Part shown: positions 25,955 to 39,099 of the stretch, piece by piece
How positions within the stretch are numbered: position 1 is the stretch's first letter
Layout of the letters: the number at the start of each line of letters is the position of its first letter
Assembly (NCBI GenBank): GCA_951406725.2
Contig: OX597829.1
Coordinates: 23,808,001 to 23,872,000 of the forward strand
Source of the DNA: Octopus vulgaris
Lineage: Eukaryota
Direction of reading: 5' to 3'
DNA: 64,000 bases
Translations under genes and position numbers: made by a program
The notes under the pieces: generated by a model
What the model saw: the letters and a program-made list of their open reading frames with translations, nothing else
Told to the model about the DNA's origin: nothing
Database searches by the model: none

Positions 25955-26594
25955 CCCTTTTGCATTTAAACCAGCTAAATCCGGCCCAAATATTCTACTT
26001 GTTTTATGTTCAAACTGCCCAGATCTGGCCATTCACATCTAGCCTGCAATGTCATTTTTAAAATAAACAATTTCAGCACTGAAATCCCAAAATTATGAGA
26101 TAATGGCGCAGGGGTGGCTGTGTGGTAAGTAGCTTGCTAACCAACCACATGGTTCCGGGTTCAGTCCCACTGCGTGGCATCTTGGGCAAGTGTCTTCTGC
26201 TATAGCCCCAGGCCGACCAATGCCTTATGAGTGGATTTGGTAGACGGAAACTGAAAGAAGCCTGTCGTATATATGTATATATATATAAGTGTGTGTGTAT
26301 ATGTTTGTGTGTCTGTGTTTGTCCCCCTAGCATTGCTTGACAACCGATGCTGGTGTGTTTACGTCCCCGTCACTTAGCAGTTCGGCAAAAGAGACCAATA
26401 GAATAAGTACTGGGCTTACAAAGAATAAGTCCCGGGGTCGATTTGCTCGACTAAAGGCGGTGCACCAGCATGGCCGCAGTCAAATGACTGAAACAAGTAA
26501 AAGAGTAAAAGAGTAAAGAGTAATGCATGATATATTGAAAACAATATGAATAAATAAGCATTACATTTGACAGAATAATGTGAATGCTAAAATA
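25955..26594 (-). mobile_element. piggyBac-like MITE interrupted by SINE A
   Basis: Reverse copy of the 25327 element, split at about 26104/26523. Confidence 0.7.
26105..26522 (+). mobile_element. SINE A, full length, young
   Basis: Complete head to tail, ending (gtaaaaga)n. Confidence 0.9.
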
Positions 26595-27842
26595 TTAAAC
26601 AACCTTAACAAAGTATACATTAAATAATTTAGTTCTACACACTGCTAGAATGAAAAATAGGATGGTTACTGCTGGAATATCTACTTAATCAGGACTTACC
26701 TAGGGTTAAATAATGACAACAAATTTAGCCACTAATTCCAACTACTCTACTATACATTAGATAGCGTACTCCAAAATATACAATGGCTGAATAAAAGATG
26801 GGATAGTCACAGCTGGAATATTTTTGATCATGGGTCAACTGGATTAAGACTGACCTATTACTAAACAACAACAACAACAACAACAACAAAGGTTAGCTAA
26901 ATAACTCAATCTACAAATTGAACAACCAAACACTTAACTGGCTAACCAATTTACTAATGAACTAAATTAATTAATTAACCAAGTAACTTCCTAATTAACC
27001 AATGGGATGGTATCTTGAAAGTTGAAATGATGATGAGTAAGTAGATTCCTGTTGAGGAAGAAGTGGTGGTAGCAGTTGTGGTAGTGGTGGCTATATTTTT
27101 TTTACTCATTTGTTAATAACTGGAAATTTTCATTAATGTTTTGGCTAAAGTGTTTATAAGACAATGAAACAATTTAATATTTAAGACAGAGATGAAAAGC
27201 ATAGAGAAAGAAATAGAATTTCTTAGTGTCCCCCTTCACCTTCATAACTATTACCATCACCATTACTAGTTTGTTATAGGAGGCAAACAGAAAGTAAAGC
27301 TTAAACAGCTGCAAAGTCACAGAAAAAAAAGCCATAAATTTGGTTAGAAAAAACAAAAATGTCACAAGAAAAAAAAGTCAATATTTTACTTAAATACTAT
27401 AAATAATAGTTAATGTTAACTAAATAAGTTCCCATCATCATCATCATCATCATTTACTACCTACTTTTCCAAGCTTGTATGAGGCAGATGGAATTAGTTG
27501 AGGTGGATACCCTGCTGTTGGATGCTCTTCATGTCATCAACCCTCAACTGTTTCCTCATGACCAGACATGTTTTTGTAGAAGATTGGATTGGAAAAAAAA
27601 AAAAGGAACACCACTTCTATGATGATGATCATCATCATTTACAACTAATTTTTTGAAGCTGAGGTAAAATGACAATAACAATCACGCACACAAAAACACA
27701 TATACTTGTACATGGCAGGCTGCTTCTTTCAGTTTCTCTCTCCCAGATCCATTCACAAGGTTTTGATTGGCCTAGGTTACAGTAGAAGACACTTGCCTAA
27801 GGTGCTATGCAGTTGGACAGAATATGAAATCATGAATATGAG

Positions 27843-28078
27843 AGGTGGTGAGCTGGTAGAAACGTTAGCATGCCAGGCGAAATGCTTAGTGGTATTTCTT
27901 CTGCCGTTACGTTCTGAATTCAAATTCCGCCAAGGTCGACTTTGCCTTTCATACTTTCGGGGTTGATAAATTAAGTACCAGTTACGCACTGGGGTCGATA
28001 TAATCGACTTAATCCCTCTGTCTGTCCTTATTTGTCCCCTCTATGTTTAGCCCCTTGTGGGCAATAAAGAAATAAGAA
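27843..28078 (+). mobile_element. SINE B monomer nested in a minus-strand SINE A/RTE-tail copy (27435-28130)
   Basis: Full B flanked by repeated gaatatg. The host SINE continues on both sides. Confidence 0.85.
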
Positions 28079-28221
28079 TATGAAATTATATGATTAGGAA
28101 GCAAACTTGTTACTACACAACCACACTTTCATCTACACATTATTTTACATATTAGGTTCAAATTTTGGCACATGGTTGGCAACTACTGAAGGGGAGGGAG
28201 TAAGTTGATTACATTGACCTC

Positions 28222-28405
28222 AATGCTCATCATCATCATCATTCAATGCCCGTTGTCCATGCTGGCATGGGTTGGATGCTTTGACCATAGCTGGCAAACT
28301 GGGGAAGTGTGCCAGACTCCAGTCTGACTTGGCACAGTTTCTATAGTTGGATGCCCTTCCTAACACCAACCACATCACAGTGTGCTGGGTGCTTTTACGT
28401 GGCAC
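28222..28405 (-). mobile_element. RTE-tail SINE/LINE 3' end, (GAT)n family
   Basis: ggaagggcatcc...ccaacccatgccagcatgga...gatgatg. Also at about 4595-4680, 36078-36235, 37050-37237, 49085-49220, 58385-58587 and 63905-64000. Confidence 0.75.
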
Positions 28406-29039
28406 TGCACTGATGGTAAATTTTATTAACCCCAAAAGGTTGAAAGGCAAAGTTAACCTTTCTGGAATTTGAACTCAGAATGTGAAACATTTTGCTAAGC
28501 ATTTTGTCCTGCGTACTTACGGTTCTACCAGCATGCCACCTTAATATTATTTTACATATTAGCACAATATGTACTATGTCCTAAAAAGAAAGTTTCAAAA
28601 AAACTCCTGCATATAAAGAATGATCATCTCCTAATATGATAATGAGCGCAGTGTTTTTATATATTTTGTGTGTGTATATATATATTTGTTCGAAATCACA
28701 GAGTAGCAGAAAGAGTAGTATAAGTGAAGGGAGAGGAGAGAAAATAGTAATTCAGTGAAGGAGAAGTAGTGAGAGTAATAGCCCTGACTGAGAGAGAGAG
28801 TGAGAGAAAGTAAAAGCAATGGAGAAAGGAAGCGGAGGTATACAGTCCCTCCACTAGCAGCATTATAGAATTTTATATACTATTTATTTTCATTTTCTTT
28901 GTTCTTCACCTATTGAATTTTACTGTAAATAAGAGCATTTTTGTAACTTCTTGATGTACTGTCCTACTAATCCTATAAACTTTGTGACAAAATCATTACA
29001 ATGTAGGACAAAATACATTACATTATTTGTTCTAGCTGA

Positions 29040-29468
29040 AGGCGGCAAGCTGGCAGAAACATTAGCATGCTTAGCAGTATTTTGTCTGCCGTTACGTTCT
29101 GACTTCAAATTCCACTGAGGTTGACTTTGCCTTTCATCCTTTCGGGATTGATAAATTAAGTACCAGTTACACACTGGGGTCGATGTAATCGACTTAATCC
29201 CTTTGTCTGCCCTTGTTTGTTCTGCCTCTATGTTTAGCCCCATGTAGGCAGTAAAGAAATAAGAAACATTAGCACACCAGGCAAAATGCTTAGTGGTATT
29301 TCGTCTGTCTTTACATTCTGAGTTCAAATTCCACCGAGGTCGACTTTGCCTTTCATCCTTTTGGGATCGATAAATTAAGTACCAGTTGCATACTGGGGTC
29401 GATCTAATTGGATGCCCCCCCCTCCTTCACCCAAAATTTCGGGCCTTGTGCCTAGAGTAGAAAGGAAT
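29040..29468 (+). mobile_element. SINE B tandem pair (long-tail unit + short-tail unit)
   Basis: Junction aaagaaataagaa|acattagcac. Confidence 0.85.
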
Positions 29469-29904
29469 ATTTGTTCTAGCTGGCAGGACTGTTAGCATGC
29501 TTAGTTAAGTCCATGTAATCAACTTTCCTCATTTCCTCAAAATTGCTGGCATTGTTCCAAAATTGGAAACAATCATTATCATCACCACCACCACCATGAT
29601 GATGATGAGCATGATGATGATCATCATCATTATCATTGTTTCTAAGACTAAATTCTAGTATGATTGCTCTAACGTTTCTATTTTTGATTCACATTGTTTA
29701 GTTGGTCATATGGTTATTCTGGTATTTTTATTAGTGGTGGTGGTGATGGTGGCGGTGATCATCGTCATCACTGTCATTGTCATCGTAGTGGTCCTGATAG
29801 CAATGGTGTTAATAGAGAAATGTTTAGTGAAACTGATATTTGAACTGGAAATCATCCAGCATTAAGTCAGCTGCTTGTCCACCAGATAGCAAGCACACAC
29901 ATTA

Positions 29905-30610
<706 letters not shown>

Positions 30611-31066
30611 AATTGAGTGAAAACACCTAAAGGCTCCAGCAAGGGGTGGTGGTGGCAAACCCTGCTCTACTCTTTCACCCTGTATTTTAAAGGACCAACT
30701 TTGTCACACTCTGTATCATGCTGAATCTCCTCCAAGAACTACATTAAGGGTACATGTGTCTGTGGAGTGCTCAGCCACTTGCATGTTAATTTCACGAGCA
30801 GGCTGTTCTGTTGATCGGATCAACTGGAACCTTCATCATTGTAACCGACATAGTGTCACGATGTATATATATATATAATTATCATCATCTTCATTTTAAT
30901 TTCTACTTTTCCATGCTTGCATTGGCCATTCAATAATTTAATGTGAGCAGATATTCTTATGCTTGTCTCTAACCCTCACCTGTTTCCAACTGAAGCAATA
31001 TTTCCCCTTGACTATCAAATATTGAATGGCCTGAACATGGTTTTTAAAGAGAATTACAAGCAAATG

Positions 31067-31325
31067 AGATTGATTGATTGATTGATTGATTGATTCTAGT
31101 TTCAGCTCATGAGCTGTGGCCATGCTGGGGCACCGCCATTTGGTGTTGCTACATGGTTTTACTTCACGAATGCTTTTTGGCAACTGCCATTTGGTGCATG
31201 AGAGAGTTCGATGCAGCTACCCTCATCTGCACCTCCTGCCGTGAAGTTGGTTCATCTGGGATACCTGACAAGAAGAGATCCAGTTTCATTTTAAAGACAT
31301 CTGCATCCACCCCATGCAGGTCTCT
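31067..31325 (-). mobile_element. CR1-group LINE 3' end with (TCAA)n tail
   Basis: Minus peptide RDLHGVDADVFKMKLDLFLSGIPDEPTSRQEVQMRVAASNSLMHQ (the FKxKLDxFL..IPDEP motif), then a 3' UTR and tetranucleotide tail. Confidence 0.75.
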
Positions 31326-31597
31326 TGTTTATATTGTTTATATTGTCAGCGATTCCATTTACAATTAGCTCATGCATGTCAAGACAAGGGGAACACAACG
31401 TACTCATACTCACCCATGCACCATCTTGTTCTAGTTTCAGATTTTACTCATAACATTTGTCAGCCCATGATGTGGTTGAAGACACTAGCTAACAGTGTCT
31501 GCATTGTGGGAATTAACTCTGAATGACAGTTCTGCAGTGAACTTCTTCACCATGTAACCATTCCTGCACCTTTTTATATGTGTGCGTGTGTGTGTGT

Positions 31598-31850
31598 GGA
31601 GTGCGTAGCTTTGTGGCTAGGGTGTCAGCATCATGATCGTAAGATTGTGGTTTCAATTCCTGGACTGGGTGACGCGTTGTGTTCTTGAGCAAAACACTTC
31701 ATTTCACGTTGCTCCAGTCCACTCAGCTGGCAAAAATGAGTAACGCTGCGATGGACTGGCGTCCTGTCCATCTGTGGAACACATACGCCATTGAAACCAG
31801 GAAACCGAGCCCATTAACCTGGCTAGGCTTTAAAAGGGCACATTTATTAT
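31598..31850 (+). mobile_element. SINE D head/core with a C-like tail
   Basis: D core followed by ctgcgatggactggcgtcctgtcca, as in family C. Confidence 0.7.
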
Positions 31851-32145
31851 TATATATATATATATATATATATATCTTTTACTTGTTTCAGTCATTAGAT
31901 TGTAGTCATGCTGGAGCATCACCTTGAAGTGTTTCTAGTCAAATGAATCTACCCCAAGAATTATTTCCAAACTTGGTACTTATTCTCTTGGTTACTTTTG
32001 CTGAACCACCAAGGGGACGTAAACAAACCATCACAGGCTGTCGAATAGCGATGATGATGGAAATAAATTAAGTGGGCTGGTCAATGACATAAATTTAAAT
32101 AAATAGGTGGTGATGTACTTAAATGGTGTACATGCACAAGCTTGT

Positions 32146-32180
<35 letters not shown>

Positions 32181-32374
32181 CACAGCACATACACACAAAC
32201 TCTCAATGAAAATACTTTTGCGTTTTTAGTAGGGGTCTACAGAATACCAGAAGTAATTATTAGTGACTGTCAATTTCTATATATAGATACCTATGCATAT
32301 GTAATATGTACACATGGTCATGCATACTCTCTCACACACACACAGACACACTTTCTTTCATTCTTTTTTTTTTC

Positions 32375-32621
32375 TTTTTAATTGTTTTAGTCATTTGACT
32401 GCAGCCATGCTGGAGTACCACCTTGAAGGGGTTTTAGTTGAACAAATTGACCTCAGGACTTATTTTTTAAGCTTAGTACTTATTCTATCGGTTACTTTTG
32501 CCAAGCTGCTAAGTTATGGGGATGTAAACACACTAACACCGGTTGTCAAGCGATGGTGGTGGTGGGGGGGACAAACACAGACACACACATAAGTACATAC
32601 ATATATGTATGTGTGTTTATG

Positions 32622-32660
<39 letters not shown>

Positions 32661-32860
32661 GCACACACGCACGCGCACACACACACACGCACGCGTGCAC
32701 ACACACATGACAGGCTTCTTTCTGTTTCCCTCTACCAAATCCATTCACAAGGCTTTGGTCGACCCAAGGCTATCGAAGACACTTGCCCAAGGTGCCATGC
32801 AGTGGGACTGAACTAGGAACCATGTTGGTTAGGAATCAAGCTTCTTACCACACAGCCACT
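32375..32860 (-). mobile_element. SINE A
   Basis: Full reverse copy. Confidence 0.85.
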
Positions 32861-33579
32861 TACATGCATATACACACAAAATAACTATACAAACATACAT
32901 AATTGCCTCACTTTTCCCTTTTTTTTTATCTGTCTCTTCCTCTCCTTCCTTCCTCTCCTCCTCTCTCTCTTCTTTCATTTACTCAATGCCCTTCCCCCAC
33001 GAATTCATATTCTCATTTACTTGTACCTACTCGGTTGATTTTTTTTTTTTTTTCCTGTGTCATTAACAGTTTATGAAAAAAAAAACAGCAATAAAAAACA
33101 AACAAAAATAATGCAACTAAATAAACAACTGCTGAAAGTAACAAAACACATTCATCGACTGATCTGAGAATTGTGGAATCCATTCCTCTCCTTAACTGCT
33201 GTTGCACCTTTCTTGAATTTCAACATAACTCCATTCTTACTCAAAAGAAAACATTGCCAAAAACTGCACCCTCACCTCTCTCTTTCTCTCTCTCACTCTT
33301 TCTCTTTCACTTCTGTCCTCTGTCATTCTCTTTCTCTTTTACTGATTACTTTCCTCAGAAACAACCACCGGTATAGCAACAACACATTAACTTATTAAGT
33401 GAGTCATAAGAGCTGCTAGAAATGTCAGCCAAATTTCCTCCAAATCACAAATTTTTAAAAAGAAAGGACATAATTTGGTCCAATGTGGCCAAATTTCGTA
33501 GTTTGTTTCAGAGGGGGTTAACCACTCTTTTGACAAGAAATTCCTCTCTCTGATGTTCATACTGCTCTGTTTCTAAGAA

Positions 33580-33922
33580 ATAAACCAAAATTCTAGTCAG
33601 AGAGAAAGCTTATAATCTTGGTGTTGTTGTCTGAGAGATATCTTTGCTTGCTTGGTATGTGAGGAAAGAACAAGTGTTCAGTAGAAATAATGGTACAGGT
33701 GCAATGGTATCTCTGTTATGTTGTCTGCCAGAGAACCAAGGCTTTAAATATGCACATGTTCAGGTGTAGTTAGCAGTTAGAGCAATGATGAAATGTCATT
33801 TATGTTTGGCTGAGAGTTTTCGTTAACAGTACAAGAAGTGGTTTTGGTGGTGAAAGAATATAATATAATACATAGTAAGCTCAGGGAGCTGGTTTCTCTC
33901 TTAGAAACTAAAGAATTCTCTC
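33580..33922 (+). mobile_element. Highly decayed RTE ORF fragment
   Basis: KLRELVSLLETKEFSL resembles the KFRELLPLL.TK..SL motif that precedes KGRLY in RTE (compare 54100). Confidence 0.4.
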
Positions 33923-34597
33923 TAACTCTCTTTCTATCTCTCTCCCCACTCTCTCTCTAACTCTCTTTCTATCTCTCTCCCCACTCTCTCTCTAACTCTC
34001 TTTCTATCTCTCTCTAACTCTCTATCTCTCTCCCCACTCTCTCTCTAACTCTCTTTCTATCTCTCTCCCCACTCTCTCTCTAACTCTCTTTCTATCTCTC
34101 TCCCCACTCTCTCTCTAACTCTCTTTCTATCTCTCTCCCTACTCTCTCTCTAACTCTCTTTCTATCTCTCTCCCCACTCTCTCTCTAACTCTCTTTCTAT
34201 CTATCTCCCCACTCTCTCTAACTCTCTTTCTATCTCTCTCCCCACTCTCTCTCTAACTCTCTTTCTATCTATCTCCCCACTCTCTCTAACTCTCTTTCTA
34301 TCTCTCTCCCCACTCTCTCTCTAACTCTCTTTCTATCTCTCTCCCCACTCTCTCTCTAACTCTCTCCCCACTCTCTCTCTAACTCTCTTTCTCTCTCTCT
34401 CTAACTCTCTTTCTATCTCTCTCTAACTCTCTTTCTATCTCTCTCCCCACTCTCTCTAACTCTCTTTCTATCTCTCTCCCCACTCTCTCTCTAACTATCT
34501 TTCTATCTCTCTCACCACTCTCTCTCTAACTCTCCTTCTATCTCTCTCCCCACTCTCTCTCTAACTCTCTCCCCACTCTCTCTCTCTCTCTCTCTCT
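33920..34597. repeat. ~35-bp polypyrimidine minisatellite
   Basis: Unit actctctctctaactctctttctatctctctcccc, about 19-20 partly truncated copies. Confidence 0.95.
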
Positions 34598-34855
34598 GGG
34601 CTGTAACCCCATCATTGTTGAAATAGTTGAAATAGACTTAAAAATAGTTTCTTAGAATTCATATATTCTCTGGTATGTTATGTACTCTTCATTCTCTTCT
34701 CCTTCTTTTCACTCATGTGTGTGTGTGTGTGTGTGTTTCAAAATTATACAAAAAAACAAAAAAAAGACAGTAAAGGAACAACTAATGGGATGATGTATTA
34801 GTTTGACACTCAGGAAAAATGGATGAAGTTTTTGACATTTCATATATATATATAT

Positions 34856-34988
34856 GCGTAGGAGTGGCTGTGGTAAGTAGCTTGCTTACCAACCACTGTG
34901 TGGCACCTTGGGCAAGTGTCTTCTACTATAGTTCTGGCCCGACCAAAGCCTTGTGAGTGGATTTGGTAGACGGAAACTGAAAGATGAC

Positions 34989-35031
<43 letters not shown>

Positions 35032-35388
35032 GTAAAAAATAAATACAAACTGGGACAAGAACGTGAAACACCAAGGAGACGACACAAGAACCACAGGACG
35101 GGAGATTCGAAGCCCTCAGTCATCAGTCAAGAACCAGATCATCTTCGCAATTTCGGCTGATTAATCTTGAGATTGCTCCGATCTGGGCAGCCCCCATGTT
35201 TGTGTGCCTGTTTGTTCACCCTCCCCCCAGCACACTGATGCTGGTGTGTTTAGGTTCCCGTAACTTAGCGGTTCGGCAAAAGAGCCTGATACAATAAATA
35301 CTAGGCTTACAAAGAATAAGCTCTGGAGTCGATTTGCTCCAGCATGGCTGCAGTCAAATGACTGAAACAAGTAAAAGAGTAAAGAGTA
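34856..35388 (+). mobile_element. SINE A with a foreign insert in its (TA)n
   Basis: A head and tail flank a non-A segment at about 35025-35195. Confidence 0.85.
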
Positions 35389-35623
35389 TATTTAAATAAA
35401 TAAATTATAATACAAGATGGAATGAACAGGTCACTACAAATCCAGATCACTACAATTGTTTCTGTGCATTAGTATCAGCTGTTAATTGCTTAGTGTTTCA
35501 CATATTATGTCCTTTATTGCATGAATATGATCCAACAACAGCTGTGTTCCTGCATTACTTCAGGTCAGGAGGTTCATGAGTACTGTATGCGTATATGTGT
35601 GTGTGTATACACACACACACATA

Positions 35624-35831
35624 TACTCTTTACTCTTTTATTTGTTTCAGTCATTTGACTGTGGCCATGCTGGAGCACTGCCTTTAGTCGAGCAAACCGA
35701 CTCCAGGACTTATTCTTTGTAAGCCTAGTACTTATTCTATTGGTCTCTTTTGCCGAACTGCTAAGTGACAGGGACGTAAACACACCAGCATCGGTTGTCA
35801 AGTGATGTTGTGGGGGGGGGACACACACACA

Positions 35832-35876
<45 letters not shown>

Positions 35877-36037
35877 GCACATGATGGGCTCCTTTCAGTT
35901 TCCGTCTACCAAATCCATTCACAAGGCTTTGGTCGACCCAAGGCTACAGTAGAAGACACTTGCCCAAGGTGCTACGTAGTGGGACTGAACCCGGAACCAT
36001 GTGGTTGGTAAGCAAGCTACTTACCACACAGCTACTC
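35624..36037 (-). mobile_element. SINE A
   Basis: Full reverse copy. Confidence 0.9.
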
Positions 36038-37336
36038 ATTTATATATATATATATATATATAATATAATATAATCAACATCATCATCATTGTTTAACATC
36101 CTCCTTCAATGCTGGCACGGGTTGGGTGGTTTGACAGGAGCTGGCAAACCAGAGGGTTGCACCAGGCTTTACTGTCAGTTTTGGCATGATTTTTACATCT
36201 GGATGACCTTCCAGATACCAACAACCACCCTGCAACGTTTTTTCTGTCTTATAAGGGTAAATATCCAATCTTTGCTTTTCTTACAGCTTTGCTGCATTTG
36301 AAATTTACTTTCTTATCTGTAAAAAACCCACCACATTTAGCATATATATATATATATATATATATAAACATACATACAGCAAAACTTGCTTATTATCATA
36401 CATAATGTTATCAAATGGTGATTGTTGTCAACAATAAATCCCAAATACATTCCAATTCTAGTCATTTTCTCTGCTCAATGTTATCAGTGAGTTATTGTTA
36501 TCTGAAAGGTACAACTCTAAAAATGATCATAATAAGCAGCTTCTACTACAATATACTATACTCTCTCTCTCTCACTTATATATGCCAGGTCTGTTGGTAA
36601 TCTTGTTGGTAATCATGGCTGAGTGAGTGGTACCAGCACCTGTGTCCTACAGGTCTTCTCCAGTGAAAATAAAACCTGCAAAAAATGGATGAACTCTTTG
36701 TGAGTCAATGGAACTTATACATTAGCGAGGCAATGAGTGGCATCAGTTTGGTGTCATCAATCATTTTAGCTACTGCACTTAAAGAAATCCTGGTTGACTA
36801 ATTGTTAGATGAGTGTCCATATTGCTACCTAAAAGCCTAAGGTTCCAGAGTTACCGGATAAAACCTTCATTAAACTGTGTGTGTGTGCAAATACATTGCA
36901 AGAAGACTACTGGTACTTATATTATTTGGGAAAAGCAAGAGAAACTGTGAAATTTTCCCTTTTCCTTCCTGTAATCTTAATCTTGAAGAAAGTCTCTATT
37001 GGAAACGTTGGACGCTCCCAGTATACTCCCTGTATACTTCCAGTGTGTACTGGGTGGCACAAAAAAGCACAGATTACACTCTGTAAAGTTGTTGGCATTG
37101 GGAAGGGCATCCAGCTGTAGAAACCATGCCAAAGCAGACACTGGTGCATTATGCAGTCCTTGGACCTATCAGGTCCTATTAAACTGTCCAACTCATGCCA
37201 GTATGGAACATGGACATTAAATGATGATGATGATGATGTGTGTGTGTGTGTATAAACATGTATATGAATAGAAGTATGTGTATATGTGTGTAGTGACTGT
37301 ATAGTTATTTATCTATACAGACAGATAGATAATTTA

Positions 37337-37762
37337 TCGGTTACGACAACGTGTGTTCCAGTTGGTCTGATCAACAGAACACCCTGCTTGTGAGAAAAAA
37401 CGTGCAAGTGGCTGAGCAGTTCACAGACACGCATACTCTTAATGTAGTTCTCGGGTGGATTCAACGTGACACAGAATGTAACAAAACTGGGCTCTTTGAA
37501 TTACAGGTACCATTCATTTTTTGCGGCGAAAGTAAAGAATACGTACACCCTATGTTTAGGGATTAGGGTTAGGGGTTTTCGATACACCGAAAATGGGTGG
37601 TGTACGTATTCTTTACCTCCGTCCATTTTTGCCAGCTGAGTAAAACTGGGAAAACAATGAAATAAATTCTCTTGCTCAAGGACACAACGCGCCGCCAGGA
37701 ATCGAACTCACGGCCTTGCGATTGTGACCCGAATACCCTAACCACTAAGCCACGCACCTTCA
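37337..37762 (-). mobile_element. SINE D carrying a MITE
   Basis: Minus strand ggtgcgtggcttagtggttagggtattcg...gagttcgattcc. Confidence 0.85.
37525..37624. mobile_element. 100-bp Merlin-like MITE with internal TTAGGG
   Basis: TIR GG..gtaaagaatacgtacacc / ggtgtacgtattctttac..CC, with 8-bp TSD ttttttgc / atttttgc. Confidence 0.75.
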
Positions 37763-38120
37763 CAATAGATAGACATCGTAGAAGGCAATCAGAAAGTCGG
37801 AAATGAGAGAGATAGAGAGAGAGAAAGGTCTGTAAATAAGAGGTATTCTTCCTTCCAACATAGGTACTTGAATTTTTCTGTAAATACTCAAAACATGCCT
37901 ATCTGTTACTTCACCAACAAACACATCTACACCCTTCATCACCGCACCACATACACTTCATTACGAACAGAAAACTTCTCAATAACACCAAGCTTCCTAC
38001 TTAAACGTCTTTCCTACTTACATTTTGCTTGTTCTTCCTTCTCACTCACTTTTCACTTTCTTTTCTTCCCTCTTCTCTCATTGAATTTCAACTCCCGGTA
38101 TATGTAATATATACACAAAC

Positions 38121-38790
<670 letters not shown>

Positions 38791-39099
38791 TGCACTCACA
38801 TAACACACACGAACACAGACATAGATAGATAGATAGACTGAAAGATTTCTGTGTCAGTTTTCGCCTTAAGTTAGCCCCGATTAAGTAAATCCGTGATTAA
38901 AGGCATTCCACCGGTGACCACCCTGTTTGTTTATCAGACTATGTGGTCGAAGGTGTTCTTTTTATTTTTAAGTCGGTAAGGTGTATTGAAGGGAAATGTA
39001 CTGCTATTTCTAGCAGATCGAGAGACAGCACATAGGGTCCCTCATTGGCACTTGTGTGTGCGTGTGTATGTAATTTCCATTATAACCTGGTGTAGGGTC

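Noticed and set aside
23163-26333. Recurrent ORFs such as SFSFRLPNPLTRLW... suggesting a gene family
   Set aside because: They are antisense translations of SINE A.
37556-37575. Interstitial telomere or fusion site
   Set aside because: There are only about 3 units, and they lie within a MITE.
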